A stretch of 63,852 bases of DNA. Source: Calditrichota bacterium. GTDB taxonomy: Bacteria > Calditrichota > Calditrichia > Calditrichales > J004. The position numbers and the translations under genes are program-made. Below, in pieces: positions 17,603 to 27,728 of the stretch; the first letter of the stretch is position 1; each line of letters opens with the position of its first letter. The DNA lies in contig CAVRRG010000055.1 of assembly GCA_963723365.1 (NCBI GenBank), positions 1 through 63,852 of the forward strand. Reading direction: 5' to 3'. The notes beneath the pieces are model-generated. The model was not told where the DNA came from. It ran no database searches and was given only the letters and a program-made list of their open reading frames with translations.

Positions 17603-18730
17603 TTAGCTGCTGAGATTGGCCTCAAGTTCAGCAAGGCGATCTTCGATGCCCTCTCTTAATACTTCTCTAAACTGCTCATTGATGGTTGAGTCGGCCGCTA
17701 GTTTTTGATAGGCTATTTTATAATTCTTTATGGCCAGATCATTTTGGCCATTTATCATGTAACCCTCGGCCAGGCTGTCATAACAATTGGCCACATCGGG
17801 AAACATCTGCGCATTGGCTGCAAAAACTTTAATAGCATCATCTATGCGGATTAGGTTTATAAAACGATAGCCCAGAACATTCAACATGCCGGCATTATTT
17901 ATATTATAGGTCTCGCGCATCTGATCCATATTTGAGATAAGATAATCCGCTCCTTTTTCTTCTGCCACGGTAAGAAACTCAGTTTGCAGGAATTGATTGC
18001 GGATAAAGTTATTATTGGGGAATTCAGCGGTAAGTTCCCTAAGCGATGTTAATGCAGTAGCTAAATCATTTTCTGTGCCGCGGTTTAAAATAGCTAAAAC
18101 AAAACGTGCTTCCGTTTTAAACAGCTGGCCCCGACTGGCTACTTTTTGCAGATTCTCAAGAGCATGTTGTCTCTCGCCGGCAAAACCAAGTAAATACACT
18201 GTGGCGTAGGTAAACCCATAAAGATTATTTTCAACAAAATATTCACGAACCGCGGCAGCCATCAGTGCGTCTGCATTATTTGGAATTTCCTCAAGCACCT
18301 CCTCAAACAGGTCTTCAGCATTGTCTGTGGCTCTGAAGGCATTCCAGTATTCACCGCGCGTCATATGAACGCGGGCCATAAAAGCATAGGCCAGGCCGCC
18401 ATAAAATTTAGACTGCAGGTCATCCTCATTTTGTTCCGCTAAATCAATGGCCCTTTGACCGTCCTGCAAAATAAGATTTCTTAATGAATCATTAGAGTTA
18501 GCCGTACGCGGGCCAAAATAGCGTGAGTAAAAATAAAAAGGTGTTTTGAGCGCATAATACTTTGGATTATTGGGGTTCTTGCTAATCATAACATTAAGCA
18601 ATGAATCTGCTTTCCCTGTTTCGCCATTGAAAGTATAAAAATTGATCTGTTTATCTATCTCAGTCACTTTTAAAGGATTAGACCAGGCAATAAGTGTTGT
18701 TAAAATTAAAACTATAAAAAGGCTACGCAT
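17603..18730 (-). CDS. Secreted tetratricopeptide-repeat protein
   Basis: Signal peptide, AGGAG RBS, TPR-like helices with C-terminal LNVLGY...FPDVANCYDSLAEGY. Confidence 0.8.
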   Translation of the reverse strand: MRSLFIVLILTTLIAWSNPLKVTEIDKQINFYTFNGETGKADSLLNVMISKNPNNPKYYALKTPFYFYSRYFGPRTANSNDSLRNLILQDGQRAIDLAEQNEDDLQSKFYGGLAYAFMARVHMTRGEYWNAFRATDNAEDLFEEVLEEIPNNADALMAAAVREYFVENNLYGFTYATVYLLGFAGERQHALENLQKVASRGQLFKTEARFVLAILNRGTENDLATALTSLRELTAEFPNNNFIRNQFLQTEFLTVAEEKGADYLISNMDQMRETYNINNAGMLNVLGYRFINLIRIDDAIKVFAANAQMFPDVANCYDSLAEGYMINGQNDLAIKNYKIAYQKLAADSTINEQFREVLREGIEDRLAELEANLSS

Positions 18731-18808
18731 AAGCTATCTCCTCTGTTTATTTTTGGTATAAGAATTTAACTGTTAGTACCGTTTTTATAAGAGGGCTGTT
18801 TCACATTT

Positions 18809-18842
18809 GGAATGGATGCATCAAATAGCGGAACAGAATGCA
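18809..18842 (-). promoter_or_regulatory. Putative LytTR-binding direct repeat upstream of the TPR gene
   Basis: Minus strand TGCATTCTGTTCC and TGCATCCATTCC with 22-nt period, directly downstream of the LytTR gene. Confidence 0.45.
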
Positions 18843-18858
18843 CTTTTTAGGGTATGGA

Positions 18859-19602
18859 TCAGATCAGTTTTTGAACCCTGTCTTTATAATTGTTGCTGCT
18901 TAATACTTTTTGGCCATTGCTCATCAGGAACATATACGCGCTTTTGTGCCAATGCTGCATTTCGCGAATTTGGCTTATATTAACAATGGTAGAGCGCTGG
19001 ATCCGTATAAAATCTTTGGGGTCCAGCTCTGCTTCAATAGTGCTAATTGATTTTCTAAGCAGGTGCGTTGCGGAGGCTGTTTGAATTTCGACGTGTTTGG
19101 CAGCGGCTTTTATCAAAACAATATCTTTTGTATCAACAAAATAGATACGACCATCTTTTTTGATCGCAATGCGTTCGTTATAATTATTAGCGGAGAGGGA
19201 ACGGGAGATGAGTTCCTGCAGAGCCTGCGGCGTGCTATCCTTTTTGTTGTTATCCCGCGCACGTTGCAGGGCACGGAAAAAACGTTCATTATCAAAAGGT
19301 TTTAACAGGTAATCTATTGCGCAAACCTCGAAGGCATCAATAGCATATTTGTCGTAAGCTGTAACAAAAATAATCGTTGGCATTTTATGCGCTTCTATTT
19401 CCTGTAAAACTTCAAATCCGTTTTTTTCAGGCATCTGTACATCCAGGTAAACAAGATCGGGATTATGAGTTTGTATATCATTAATGGCAGCTAATCCATT
19501 GCTGCTTTCCGCACAGATTTTAATATCCGTTTCGTCCTTTAATAAAAATTTGATGCGTTCGCGAGCAAGTTTTTCATCATCTACAATAAGAACAGATAAC
19601 AT
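18859..19602 (-). CDS. LytTR-family response regulator
   Basis: VDDE, LDVQMP, FVTAYDKYA, DYLLKP receiver motifs and FIRIQRSTIVN LytTR domain. Confidence 0.95.
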   Translation of the reverse strand: MLSVLIVDDEKLARERIKFLLKDETDIKICAESSNGLAAINDIQTHNPDLVYLDVQMPEKNGFEVLQEIEAHKMPTIIFVTAYDKYAIDAFEVCAIDYLLKPFDNERFFRALQRARDNNKKDSTPQALQELISRSLSANNYNERIAIKKDGRIYFVDTKDIVLIKAAAKHVEIQTASATHLLRKSISTIEAELDPKDFIRIQRSTIVNISQIREMQHWHKSAYMFLMSNGQKVLSSNNYKDRVQKLI

Positions 19603-19632
19603 CTTTTCTTCCTGGATTTTTAAAACTTAGGA

Positions 19633-20709
19633 CTAGATCTCTAAAGGAATAGAAAGCTGCACACAAAACCCGCCTTGCTCGCGATTATAATATTTCAACT
19701 GCGCTTGATTTCCATAAACCTGCTCCAACCGCTGGCGGGTGTTTTTTAAACCAACATGTTCAACTATATCCTGCCCGATTCCTTTTCCATTATCACAAAC
19801 ACTAATTTCCATGCGCCTGCTTTCTTCAATGGCAGCAACCTCAATTTTCCCCGGACCCGAATGCGGCGCAATGCCATGTTTAATAGCATTTTCAACAAGA
19901 GGCTGCAAAATCAGGGTTGGCAGCGATTTATCCAGCAGCGATTTTGTGATATTGTATTCAACGCTTAGACGTTTGCCAAAACGGATCTGCTCAATTTCCA
20001 GATAGCTTTTTAAAAAGGAGAGTTCCTTTTTAAGGGAAACATTCTGCTGACCTTCACTTTCCAGTGTTTGCCGCAAAAAATCACTAAGGCGCACCAGCAT
20101 GTTCTGCGCATCCTTGCCTTTACTATCGATAAGCGATGAGATAGCATGCAGGGTGTTGAATAGAAAGTGTGGATTAAGCTGCATTTTAAGTGCTGTTAAT
20201 TCCGCTGTCGCTAATTGCGATTCAAGTTGAGCAGCTTTTATTTTTTGCTGCTGCACCTGCTGATAATATTCAAAGCTATAGAAGACGCCCAGAATCATCC
20301 AGTATATTATAAAGCCATCAAAAGCACCCAGGATTACTTTTGGTCCGAAAAAATTAGGAAGTCCATTTTCCAAATCTTGCGGTTTTGCCAAAACAATAAA
20401 GATAAACATGGAGCCACTGCGATGTGCAAAGGCAATGATAGCAGCAAACAACATATGTAATGCACTGTTTTTCAGCAGGGCTTGCTTCTCAAACGGGAAT
20501 TTTCGCGCCAGGAAAATAATCAGTAGTGTAAGTGCCGCCCAGGTATAAAAATAGGAAAGTTCCCAAATGATGATCTTACCTAGAACAAACTCTACTTCTT
20601 TAATTAGGGAGATATAATATTGTTGGAAAACATAAAAAAAAGCGAGAAATGTCCATAGTAAAGATACAACGATCTTGGTTTGACTGGAGAAATAGGTTTT
20701 CTTTTGCAC
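19633..20709 (-). CDS. LytS/YehU-family sensor histidine kinase
   Basis: TM helices, QLNPHFLFNTL, LQPLVENAIKHG, DNGKG, VGLKNTRQRL. Confidence 0.93.
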   Translation of the reverse strand: MQKKTYFSSQTKIVVSLLWTFLAFFYVFQQYYISLIKEVEFVLGKIIIWELSYFYTWAALTLLIIFLARKFPFEKQALLKNSALHMLFAAIIAFAHRSGSMFIFIVLAKPQDLENGLPNFFGPKVILGAFDGFIIYWMILGVFYSFEYYQQVQQQKIKAAQLESQLATAELTALKMQLNPHFLFNTLHAISSLIDSKGKDAQNMLVRLSDFLRQTLESEGQQNVSLKKELSFLKSYLEIEQIRFGKRLSVEYNITKSLLDKSLPTLILQPLVENAIKHGIAPHSGPGKIEVAAIEESRRMEISVCDNGKGIGQDIVEHVGLKNTRQRLEQVYGNQAQLKYYNREQGGFCVQLSIPLEI

Positions 20710-20928
20710 CTGTTATACCGGGAATAATTTTTATTTATTTATCGAATCTCTGGACAAGATGTTTCAATATAATGCATTTTGCGGAAATTTGTTATCAGGA
20801 GGCACTTAAACGGCCAGGGAAAAATTATTAATTCGATGCAATAATTTTCGCGCTGTTTTGGTTTATAAAAAGAGTAGCAGAAAGTAAATATTTAAATTCG
20901 CGCTAATCTCATAAAAAAAGGAGTTATT

Positions 20929-23076
20929 ATGAAGGCCTTTTTAACCCTTATAAAATTCGATTTTTTTTCTTTAAGCCTGTTACTTTGTATTGCTCTGTTC
21001 TTATTGCCTTTATCGCTATTCGGTCAAACGGCCAAAGCAGACACGGGTATTATATATGGCTCAACCGGTGCTATTGACGGCGGCAGGCTGCTCGGCATAG
21101 ATAAAAGTAACGGCTTGGCTAGTGTTATAGACTCATCCACCGGCCAGATCAGCATACCTGCCATTGCCATAAATTCAGCCGGAAATATTTACGCCTCTGC
21201 CGGTTGGTATAGTGGTCCGGAGCTCTACAGGCTTTCCGCCGATACGGCCGATCCTGTCATTGTAAATAGTATAAATGTAACGTCTTTACCAGCCATAGCT
21301 TTTAATTATAAAGATGATCTGTTTGGCCTCGCAATGGGAGTTGCTGATGACGAACCCGACAACGATTACTGGTACCTGATCAAAATTGATACATCCACCG
21401 CAGAGTATAACGTGCTGCACAGGGTGAATTTTGAAATAACCCATCGTGATGATGGCAACTGGACCGGTATGTCCTTCAATCCCCATGATGGTAATCTATA
21501 TGCCTGCACTACATTCGGCGATATATTTGTTATAAACCCGCTGACCGGGGAAAGATATTGGCTGGCCGAGGCCCAGGTTGGAAACCTCAATGATCTTGCT
21601 TTTGATAATGACGCCAACTTATACCTTGCGCTGGCCAGCGGAGAACTGGCATCTTTCAGCGCTATGGATACAGCGGCCGTTATTATAGGCCAAACCGGTA
21701 ACAATGACATCCAAGGTCTGGCCGCCCGCACTTTACGGCGCAGCTCGGCTCAACTGGGCGCTTTCCCCCTTTCTATACATTTTGATCTCAGCGGCAGTGG
21801 AGGGCGCTATAGCAGTCCTTTATCATTAACGAATACAGGTACAGAAAACCTGGAGATTTCTTCCTTGGGGGTTAATGCCCCCTTTAGTATCGAAGGTGTT
21901 TCTCTGCCCCTGGTAATTCTTCCGGACAGCTCTGTAATTCTTAGTGTGGAATTTGAGCCCATGGAAAACAGCGTTTTTGCCGATAACATAGCCATCAATA
22001 GCAATGATGCCAATAATCCGCAATGGACAATTCCGGTCTACGGTGAAAGCGCTGCAGCACCGGTCGGCGTTTTATTCGGTATGGAGGCAGATGAGGGTCT
22101 GCTGCTGACCATCGATCCTCAAACAGGCCACAGCGATACGCTTTTTGGGTTAACAGTGGACGATGACCAGATTGATTACGTAACTGAAATTGAATTCCGG
22201 CAGGATGGCACCCTGTTTATCGCCCGCGGTGATGGCTATGAAGAATTATTTTCTGCTAATATATTAAGTCAGCAGACCCAATTTGTAGGGGACCATGACG
22301 AAGATGGCCTACCGGGAATGGATTTTGGCGCCGACGGCCGGTTGTATGCTATCCTGCATGACCGCAGCAGCGATTCCTCGCGGCTGGTTATTGTAAACCA
22401 GGATAATGCCGACATTGAGGTGATCGGTAAAACCGGCTACGACCGTATTCGCGGTATTACCTTCTCCCCAGATGGCCTGCTCTATGGCGCAGGTCCCGAT
22501 ACCGTTGGAGGGGAAGCAACAGACATACTGCTCACAATAGATCCACAAACGGGTATCGCCACAAAAATCGGTCCCATTGGGTTCCGGAAAGTAACCGCGC
22601 TGGAATTTGGTCCGGACAGTATTTTGTTTGGCGGCCTGGGTGATCGTTTAGCGGATTCACTGGACGGCGGTTTAATACGCGTCGACCCGGCCACAGGCAC
22701 GGGTACTTTTATCGGTTTAACCGGTGCTGAAGTATTGAGCGGTCTTTCCTTTTTCCCGGATTTGACACCGATAACGATATCAGGGCTATCGGATGAAATC
22801 AGTTCCATACCATCGGGATTATATTTAGCACAGAATTACCCTAATCCTTTTAATCCAAATACTACCATAAAATTTTCGTTAGATCGTCCGGAGAAAGTAT
22901 CGTTAAAAATTTACAATATTGCCGGGCAGCTTGTTAAAACATTGTTTTCCGAACAACTCGATAGAGGCAGTCATTTATACAAATGGAATGCGCATGATTT
23001 TGCAAGTGGATTATATTTTTACCAGCTGCAGGCTGGGTCGCATTCTTTTACCAAAAAGGCAATTTTGATTAAATAA
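20929..23076 (+). CDS. Secreted protein: two beta-propeller-like repeat regions, central Ig-like (choice-of-anchor D type) domain, C-terminal sorting domain
   Basis: Signal peptide, repeats of L..ID..TG and F.PDG.L(Y/F), LTNTGTENLEI...INSND.NNP, LAQNYPNPFNPNTTIKF. Confidence 0.75.
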   Translation: MKAFLTLIKFDFFSLSLLLCIALFLLPLSLFGQTAKADTGIIYGSTGAIDGGRLLGIDKSNGLASVIDSSTGQISIPAIAINSAGNIYASAGWYSGPELYRLSADTADPVIVNSINVTSLPAIAFNYKDDLFGLAMGVADDEPDNDYWYLIKIDTSTAEYNVLHRVNFEITHRDDGNWTGMSFNPHDGNLYACTTFGDIFVINPLTGERYWLAEAQVGNLNDLAFDNDANLYLALASGELASFSAMDTAAVIIGQTGNNDIQGLAARTLRRSSAQLGAFPLSIHFDLSGSGGRYSSPLSLTNTGTENLEISSLGVNAPFSIEGVSLPLVILPDSSVILSVEFEPMENSVFADNIAINSNDANNPQWTIPVYGESAAAPVGVLFGMEADEGLLLTIDPQTGHSDTLFGLTVDDDQIDYVTEIEFRQDGTLFIARGDGYEELFSANILSQQTQFVGDHDEDGLPGMDFGADGRLYAILHDRSSDSSRLVIVNQDNADIEVIGKTGYDRIRGITFSPDGLLYGAGPDTVGGEATDILLTIDPQTGIATKIGPIGFRKVTALEFGPDSILFGGLGDRLADSLDGGLIRVDPATGTGTFIGLTGAEVLSGLSFFPDLTPITISGLSDEISSIPSGLYLAQNYPNPFNPNTTIKFSLDRPEKVSLKIYNIAGQLVKTLFSEQLDRGSHLYKWNAHDFASGLYFYQLQAGSHSFTKKAILIK

Positions 23077-23077
23077 A

Positions 23078-23190
23078 TGTAACACAAGATTTATCTTGTG
23101 AACCTTGATTGCCCACACGACATAAATGTCGTTTTCAGTTGTAGCGCAAGACTCATCTTGCGTTCTCATACGACATGAATGTCGTGCTAC
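23078..23190. repeat. Cluster of four GTAR-type REP palindromes (two doublets) between convergent genes
   Basis: GTAACACAAGATTTATCTTGTG, ACGACATAAATGTCGT, GTAGCGCAAGACTCATCTTGCG, ACGACATGAATGTCGTGCTAC. Confidence 0.8.
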
Positions 23191-23200
23191 AAGACACGTT

Positions 23201-23908
23201 TTACTTAAGCAGAAAAGAGAAGAAAGTGTTTCCTCCTTCTGTAAAAGAGTTTGCATACTCCTGAAAAACGCCTTCTATCTTTAGCCCAGGCTTAATAGCT
23301 AAAACTTTTAAAGGAATTGAAAACTCTATATTCTTTCCTGAAAACTGGATTAGTGTCGGACTTTCCTGTGAACTTGCCTCAGCAACTTCAGACATAGAAA
23401 AACCTTTGCCATTCTCTTTTGGCGGGACTACTTCGTAAGATACAAAGGCATAAGGATCACTGCCTTTTTTGCTGCCCATCCCGCTTGGGATCCAAATTTT
23501 ATAATCATGTCCCGTGATACGATCAGAACCGGACAAATAATAGTCCTGGCAACCGGTTTTCAGATCAGCATCGGTATTTAAATATATATCCCCGATATAG
23601 CCCCCGGCTTGTGTCTTGGCAAAGTATTCACTAACTCCCGGCTCAACGGTAATAAGGAAATAAAGATTAGCTTTATCATAGGCCAGAAAGAATTCTTTGA
23701 TGTCATATTTTTCCGACATTTGTTTTGAACGATCCAGCGGGGAACCGATTTCTTTCGCTATTGGCTTAATACCTTGCCAATCTTTACTTAAACCATCAAT
23801 GACAATTTTTCCATCCTTTACTTTGGATATTGATTTTTGAGCAATTACGGCATTATTAAAAAAAACAGTTAATAAAATAATCCCCAAGATATTGAACATA
23901 TTTTTCAT
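23201..23908 (-). CDS. Secreted hypothetical protein (DOMON/CBM9-like beta-sandwich)
   Basis: Signal peptide, IVIDGLSKDW, YDKANLYFLI, IEFSIPLK. Confidence 0.6.
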   Translation of the reverse strand: MKNMFNILGIILLTVFFNNAVIAQKSISKVKDGKIVIDGLSKDWQGIKPIAKEIGSPLDRSKQMSEKYDIKEFFLAYDKANLYFLITVEPGVSEYFAKTQAGGYIGDIYLNTDADLKTGCQDYYLSGSDRITGHDYKIWIPSGMGSKKGSDPYAFVSYEVVPPKENGKGFSMSEVAEASSQESPTLIQFSGKNIEFSIPLKVLAIKPGLKIEGVFQEYANSFTEGGNTFFSFLLK

Positions 23909-24085
23909 TTTTCCCCTCCCTTAATAAAAGTAATAAAGAGCTTTTTGGTTTAAAATAAAAACTGTGTGCTGAACTTTGTTGCAACATAACCATCTAAATC
24001 AGGTGGAACAACTTCAAGCGCTTTGCCTTATTTTCATTTCGCCTTCTGCAAAAACCTGCCCGCTGCACTTAAACTTTAAAAAATA

Positions 24086-24712
24086 TCAAAACCTAAATCC
24101 GATAAGAAGACCGGGTTCAAATATGTGTTCGGGCTTTCCACGTTCAATATCTGCAAAGGATTTAGGGAAGTTGGTGTTAACAGGCCAATATTTGAGTGCC
24201 AAAGCAGGTTCTACAAACATGCGATCGTTTAAAAATTCAAAGCGGTAGCCCAGTATGAATTGAAGATACAACTGAAAACCCTTCTGGATTTCTTTGTCAT
24301 CTTCATCGTAGAATTGCTGCACCAAATTGGTTGCTTCAACAGTCGTATACAAGTTCTTCCAGTGGAAACGCTGATAGCCTACACCAATTCCGTAGGCTAT
24401 AACTTTGCCCGGATACAATTCTTTGGAATCTCCATAGGTACCTATAGGCTCATAATAAGTCCAGGTCTGAGCTTCTAATATTAAGACATCTTTCTGTGTA
24501 AAGTAATATCCGTAGCTCAATATATAATAGTCTGCTGGATCGGGTAAAAAATTGAACAACATAAAAAGTGAACTTCCTATATGGTGTTGTCGAAAGATCG
24601 CTCGTTTTTCTGTTTGATTGGATATTGAATCTGTTTGGGCTGGATTTTGACTAAATGCGGGCGAGATTGATACTACAAAAATTAATATTAATAAAGTTCT
24701 TAACAATTTCAT
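24086..24712 (-). CDS. Putative outer-membrane beta-barrel protein
   Basis: Signal peptide, aromatic beta-strands, C-terminal GFRF. Confidence 0.65.
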   Translation of the reverse strand: MKLLRTLLILIFVVSISPAFSQNPAQTDSISNQTEKRAIFRQHHIGSSLFMLFNFLPDPADYYILSYGYYFTQKDVLILEAQTWTYYEPIGTYGDSKELYPGKVIAYGIGVGYQRFHWKNLYTTVEATNLVQQFYDEDDKEIQKGFQLYLQFILGYRFEFLNDRMFVEPALALKYWPVNTNFPKSFADIERGKPEHIFEPGLLIGFRF

Positions 24713-24834
24713 TACAGTCCCCTTTTTACTAACAACTTTGATAAAATTTTATTGAAGTTTATGGTATAAATAGTGTTGTAGATTTTGTTATAATATAATG
24801 AACTAAAACTGGCGGGACGAGCTGCAATCGTTAT

Positions 24835-24921
24835 AACGTCGGCGTTAAACAGGGTTTCTTCCTGGGCCATTGTTGGATGCACAAGGAAAATAACGAGTAA
24901 GAGAGCTGCAAAAAATTTCAT
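24835..24921 (-). pseudogene. Probable 5' stub of a secreted/outer-membrane protein gene
   Basis: Clean signal peptide plus QEETLF.ADV, after which the ORF (to 24712) runs into AT-rich promoter-like sequence. Confidence 0.4.
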
Positions 24922-24966
24922 TCAACCGCGCTTTCAATTATAATTGAAAAATGGCGCACTTTTTGA

Positions 24967-25821
24967 TCATCCTGCAGCTAATGCATCTATAATTTTAGAG
25001 CATCCGCCAGCGCACACATAATCCGCATGATCAGCAATATTCACAAATTTTCGGCCGACTATGTTTTGGCACTCAAATTCAAAATCGCTGTTTTCCAAAA
25101 AACTGTCCATTAGCTCTGCAAAACGTTTATTAAAGCCTTCGTCCCTCCACAAATTTTTTACACCTTCTTCCATGTGCATTTTCAGCCCGATAATCCAGAT
25201 GGCCGCTCCCAGGGCCCCACAGACTTCGCCGCTTAAGCCTATGCCTGCGGCCAATCCTGCAGCCATTACCCTGTACTTCTCCTCTACTCCCATCTTTTGA
25301 GCCAACAGGGCCGCGCAGCTTATCGGAGTTTCGGGCACATCTACATGCTTCTCCTCCATGGCACTGTTTATAGCGTTTAATGCTTCAGGGGCATATTTGG
25401 CGGCCATTTGAAAGCAGCCTATGGTGCCGCCTTTTAAAAGGAAATACTTAAGCTGGTCCATCGTGGTAGATGATTTGTCCAGGTCTGTTATATCACTGCA
25501 ATTGACATGCTGGTTTTGAGAGCGGAAAGAGTCCACAAGTTTTTGCGCTGCCAACAGAGCCCTGCTTTCAGCTTCAGCACCTGCACCATATTGACGGTAA
25601 GCCTCGGCCCCTGCAGCCAGCACAGCACCCCACAACATACCGCACTGAAAGCCGTGCTGCATAATGCCCCCTGCAAAAGGCGGGACGGCATGTTCCTCCT
25701 CCAGCAAAGGATGATCATAGGCATTGTTGAGAACGTGGAAAAGTGTATCGGAGCAGGCCCGGCCGCTAATGAATGTACCCACCGTTCTTGCCGACGATAT
25801 CTTACTTTTTGTTTTGCTCAT
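24967..25821 (-). CDS. C-GCAxxG-C-C family putative redox protein with two tandem domains
   Basis: ACS...QCGMLWGA...NC...C in domain 1 and SCA...VCGALGA...EC...C in domain 2. Confidence 0.8.
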   Translation of the reverse strand: MSKTKSKISSARTVGTFISGRACSDTLFHVLNNAYDHPLLEEEHAVPPFAGGIMQHGFQCGMLWGAVLAAGAEAYRQYGAGAEAESRALLAAQKLVDSFRSQNQHVNCSDITDLDKSSTTMDQLKYFLLKGGTIGCFQMAAKYAPEALNAINSAMEEKHVDVPETPISCAALLAQKMGVEEKYRVMAAGLAAGIGLSGEVCGALGAAIWIIGLKMHMEEGVKNLWRDEGFNKRFAELMDSFLENSDFEFECQNIVGRKFVNIADHADYVCAGGCSKIIDALAAG

Positions 25822-25854
25822 AATGCTTCTCTTAATTTTATATTCTAGTCACTT

Positions 25855-26772
25855 TTAGATAGTAATTACCACATTTCCTTTTTTATGGCCTTGTTCGACA
25901 TAGCGGTGGGCCTCAGCAATTTGTTCAAAGGGGTATTGTCTATCCACTACTGGTTGCAGCTCACCGGATTCTATAAGCTGTTTGAGGAACAGCAAATCTT
26001 TAACATTTTCCTTGTTACCAGAATCCCGTAAAACATTGAGATAGATGCCCTTCCTGGTCAAAGACCCTTTCGCTTTTGAAGATGAAAGCTTGCCTACCGC
26101 ATCAAAGATAATATCGTAGCTTTCAAAATTTTGCGTAAAGTCTTCTTTAGTGTAATCAATAACCTTATCGGCTCCAAGTGTTTTAACTAATTCTAAATTC
26201 GTGCTACTGCAAATCCCAGTCACTTCCGCTCCAAAGTATTTAGCCAGCTGCACAGCATTGGTTCCCACCGCTCCGGAAGCACCATAAATCAAAACATCTT
26301 GGCCGCTTTGGATATTAGCTTTTCTAAGAACAATAAGTGCTGTCATCCCGCCACCAGGTATAGTAGCAGCTTGCTCAAAACTGATATTGGCCGGTTTAAT
26401 GGTCAGTACCCCATTTTCAGGAAAACATTTATATTCAGCATAGGCACCCATCTTTAAGCTGAAGGTAGAGGCGAAAACAGCATCACCCTTCTTGAATTTT
26501 GTTACCTTTTTGCCAATTGCTTCAATTTCTCCAGCCAGCTCCATACCCAGGATAGGGCTTTTTGGTTTGCTAAGGCCAAAAACCAGGTGCAGCATCAGTG
26601 TGTAAAAAGTGGAATCGGGGTGTTTGCCGCTGCGCATTATCACATCGCCAATAGTTACAGTTGTGGCGTGAACCTTAACCAGTACCTCATTGTCTTTGGG
26701 AACAGGTTTTGCAACTTCCGTCAGCTGCAGAACATCAGCTGCACCATATTTATTGCAAACAATGGCTTTCAT
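25855..26772 (-). CDS. NAD(P)-dependent medium-chain dehydrogenase/reductase (quinone oxidoreductase-like)
   Basis: [41 protein letters not shown]. Confidence 0.9.
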   Translation of the reverse strand: MKAIVCNKYGAADVLQLTEVAKPVPKDNEVLVKVHATTVTIGDVIMRSGKHPDSTFYTLMLHLVFGLSKPKSPILGMELAGEIEAIGKKVTKFKKGDAVFASTFSLKMGAYAEYKCFPENGVLTIKPANISFEQAATIPGGGMTALIVLRKANIQSGQDVLIYGASGAVGTNAVQLAKYFGAEVTGICSSTNLELVKTLGADKVIDYTKEDFTQNFESYDIIFDAVGKLSSSKAKGSLTRKGIYLNVLRDSGNKENVKDLLFLKQLIESGELQPVVDRQYPFEQIAEAHRYVEQGHKKGNVVITI

Positions 26773-27206
26773 AAATTTGCCTTCCAGGCCATGAGAATGG
26801 CAAATATGGCGGTTGTCAAATTTGCCAGGGTCCAGCTGATTCTCAATGTATTTGATTCAAGTTTATTGCCATCCCTGTTGCGGTTCATTGTATAAAACCA
26901 AAAACTGATAGCGTGATAAAGCAAAACAACCCCGGGAAACCAGGCCAGTGTATAACCCCAGGGAGCATTTAAAAACAAGCCTACTGCTGCAATGCCATAT
27001 ATCCAGCCTATTAAACTGTCTGCAACAGCACTAGCATGTTCATAAACTTTGTACTCTTTGGGTATATTTGCTTCCTGCAGGCCAATCCTTGAGGCAAATT
27101 TCCAGTTAATAACGCTGATCAGTTGGCCTAACCAATGGAAAATAAATCCAACAATGAAAATTAAAGTTGCGCTGATGATATTGTCATAAGGAAACAAATG
27201 GCTCAT
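26769..27206 (-). CDS. Hypothetical membrane protein
   Basis: Four TM helices, AVAD and PWGY motifs, stop overlaps the next ATG. Confidence 0.7.
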   Translation of the reverse strand: MSHLFPYDNIISATLIFIVGFIFHWLGQLISVINWKFASRIGLQEANIPKEYKVYEHASAVADSLIGWIYGIAAVGLFLNAPWGYTLAWFPGVVLLYHAISFWFYTMNRNRDGNKLESNTLRISWTLANLTTAIFAILMAWKANL

Positions 27207-27223
27207 AAAAGTTCCTTCCGCTA

Positions 27224-27676
27224 TTAAAAGATAATTTCATTAAAACGGAATATCCCGTAAAGCACAGAAGCAGCCCCCCAATACATGAAGTTACCCCAGT
27301 AATATGTATAATATTTCAATGGACCAATAGCCGTATAGACGTACTCTTTTTCGAAGAACCACAGAAAACTGTTTATATATAATTGAATCGCTCCGGAAAT
27401 TGCCAACAATATATAGCCCCAGTAACTACCTTGCAGTATTCCAATTATTGCTAAAACCAATATTGGAAAAAATATCAGCCAATCGGCCCTGGCCAGGCTG
27501 TAAGCAACCTTAAAATGGCTGTTATCGCGCCATTCTTCTCCTTTTCCAATAAGAATATCTTTGGCCTTTTGTCCTTTTGGTTCAATAAGTATTACCAGTT
27601 GCGCGAACAAAAGCGGTAGGCAGGTTATTAATCCAAAAACAATTAATATCCATGTGATTATTGTTGGTTGATACAT
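27224..27676 (-). CDS. Hypothetical membrane protein
   Basis: Four TM helices with ARAD and YWGY motifs similar to the neighbour. Confidence 0.7.
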   Translation of the reverse strand: MYQPTIITWILIVFGLITCLPLLFAQLVILIEPKGQKAKDILIGKGEEWRDNSHFKVAYSLARADWLIFFPILVLAIIGILQGSYWGYILLAISGAIQLYINSFLWFFEKEYVYTAIGPLKYYTYYWGNFMYWGAASVLYGIFRFNEIIF

Positions 27677-27728
27677 AAACGATACATTCCCTAAATGGTT
27701 ATTGAAGTCTATCCAAGCGGATTATTTA

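Noticed and set aside
23980..24075. attC-like element (ACATAAC...CCGCTGCAC)
   Set aside because: No closing GTT core and poor pairing, too degenerate to call.
24967..24969. Selenocysteine readthrough at the TGA of the C-GCAxxG-C-C gene
   Set aside because: The TGA falls after the last expected Cys motif, at a natural C-terminus.
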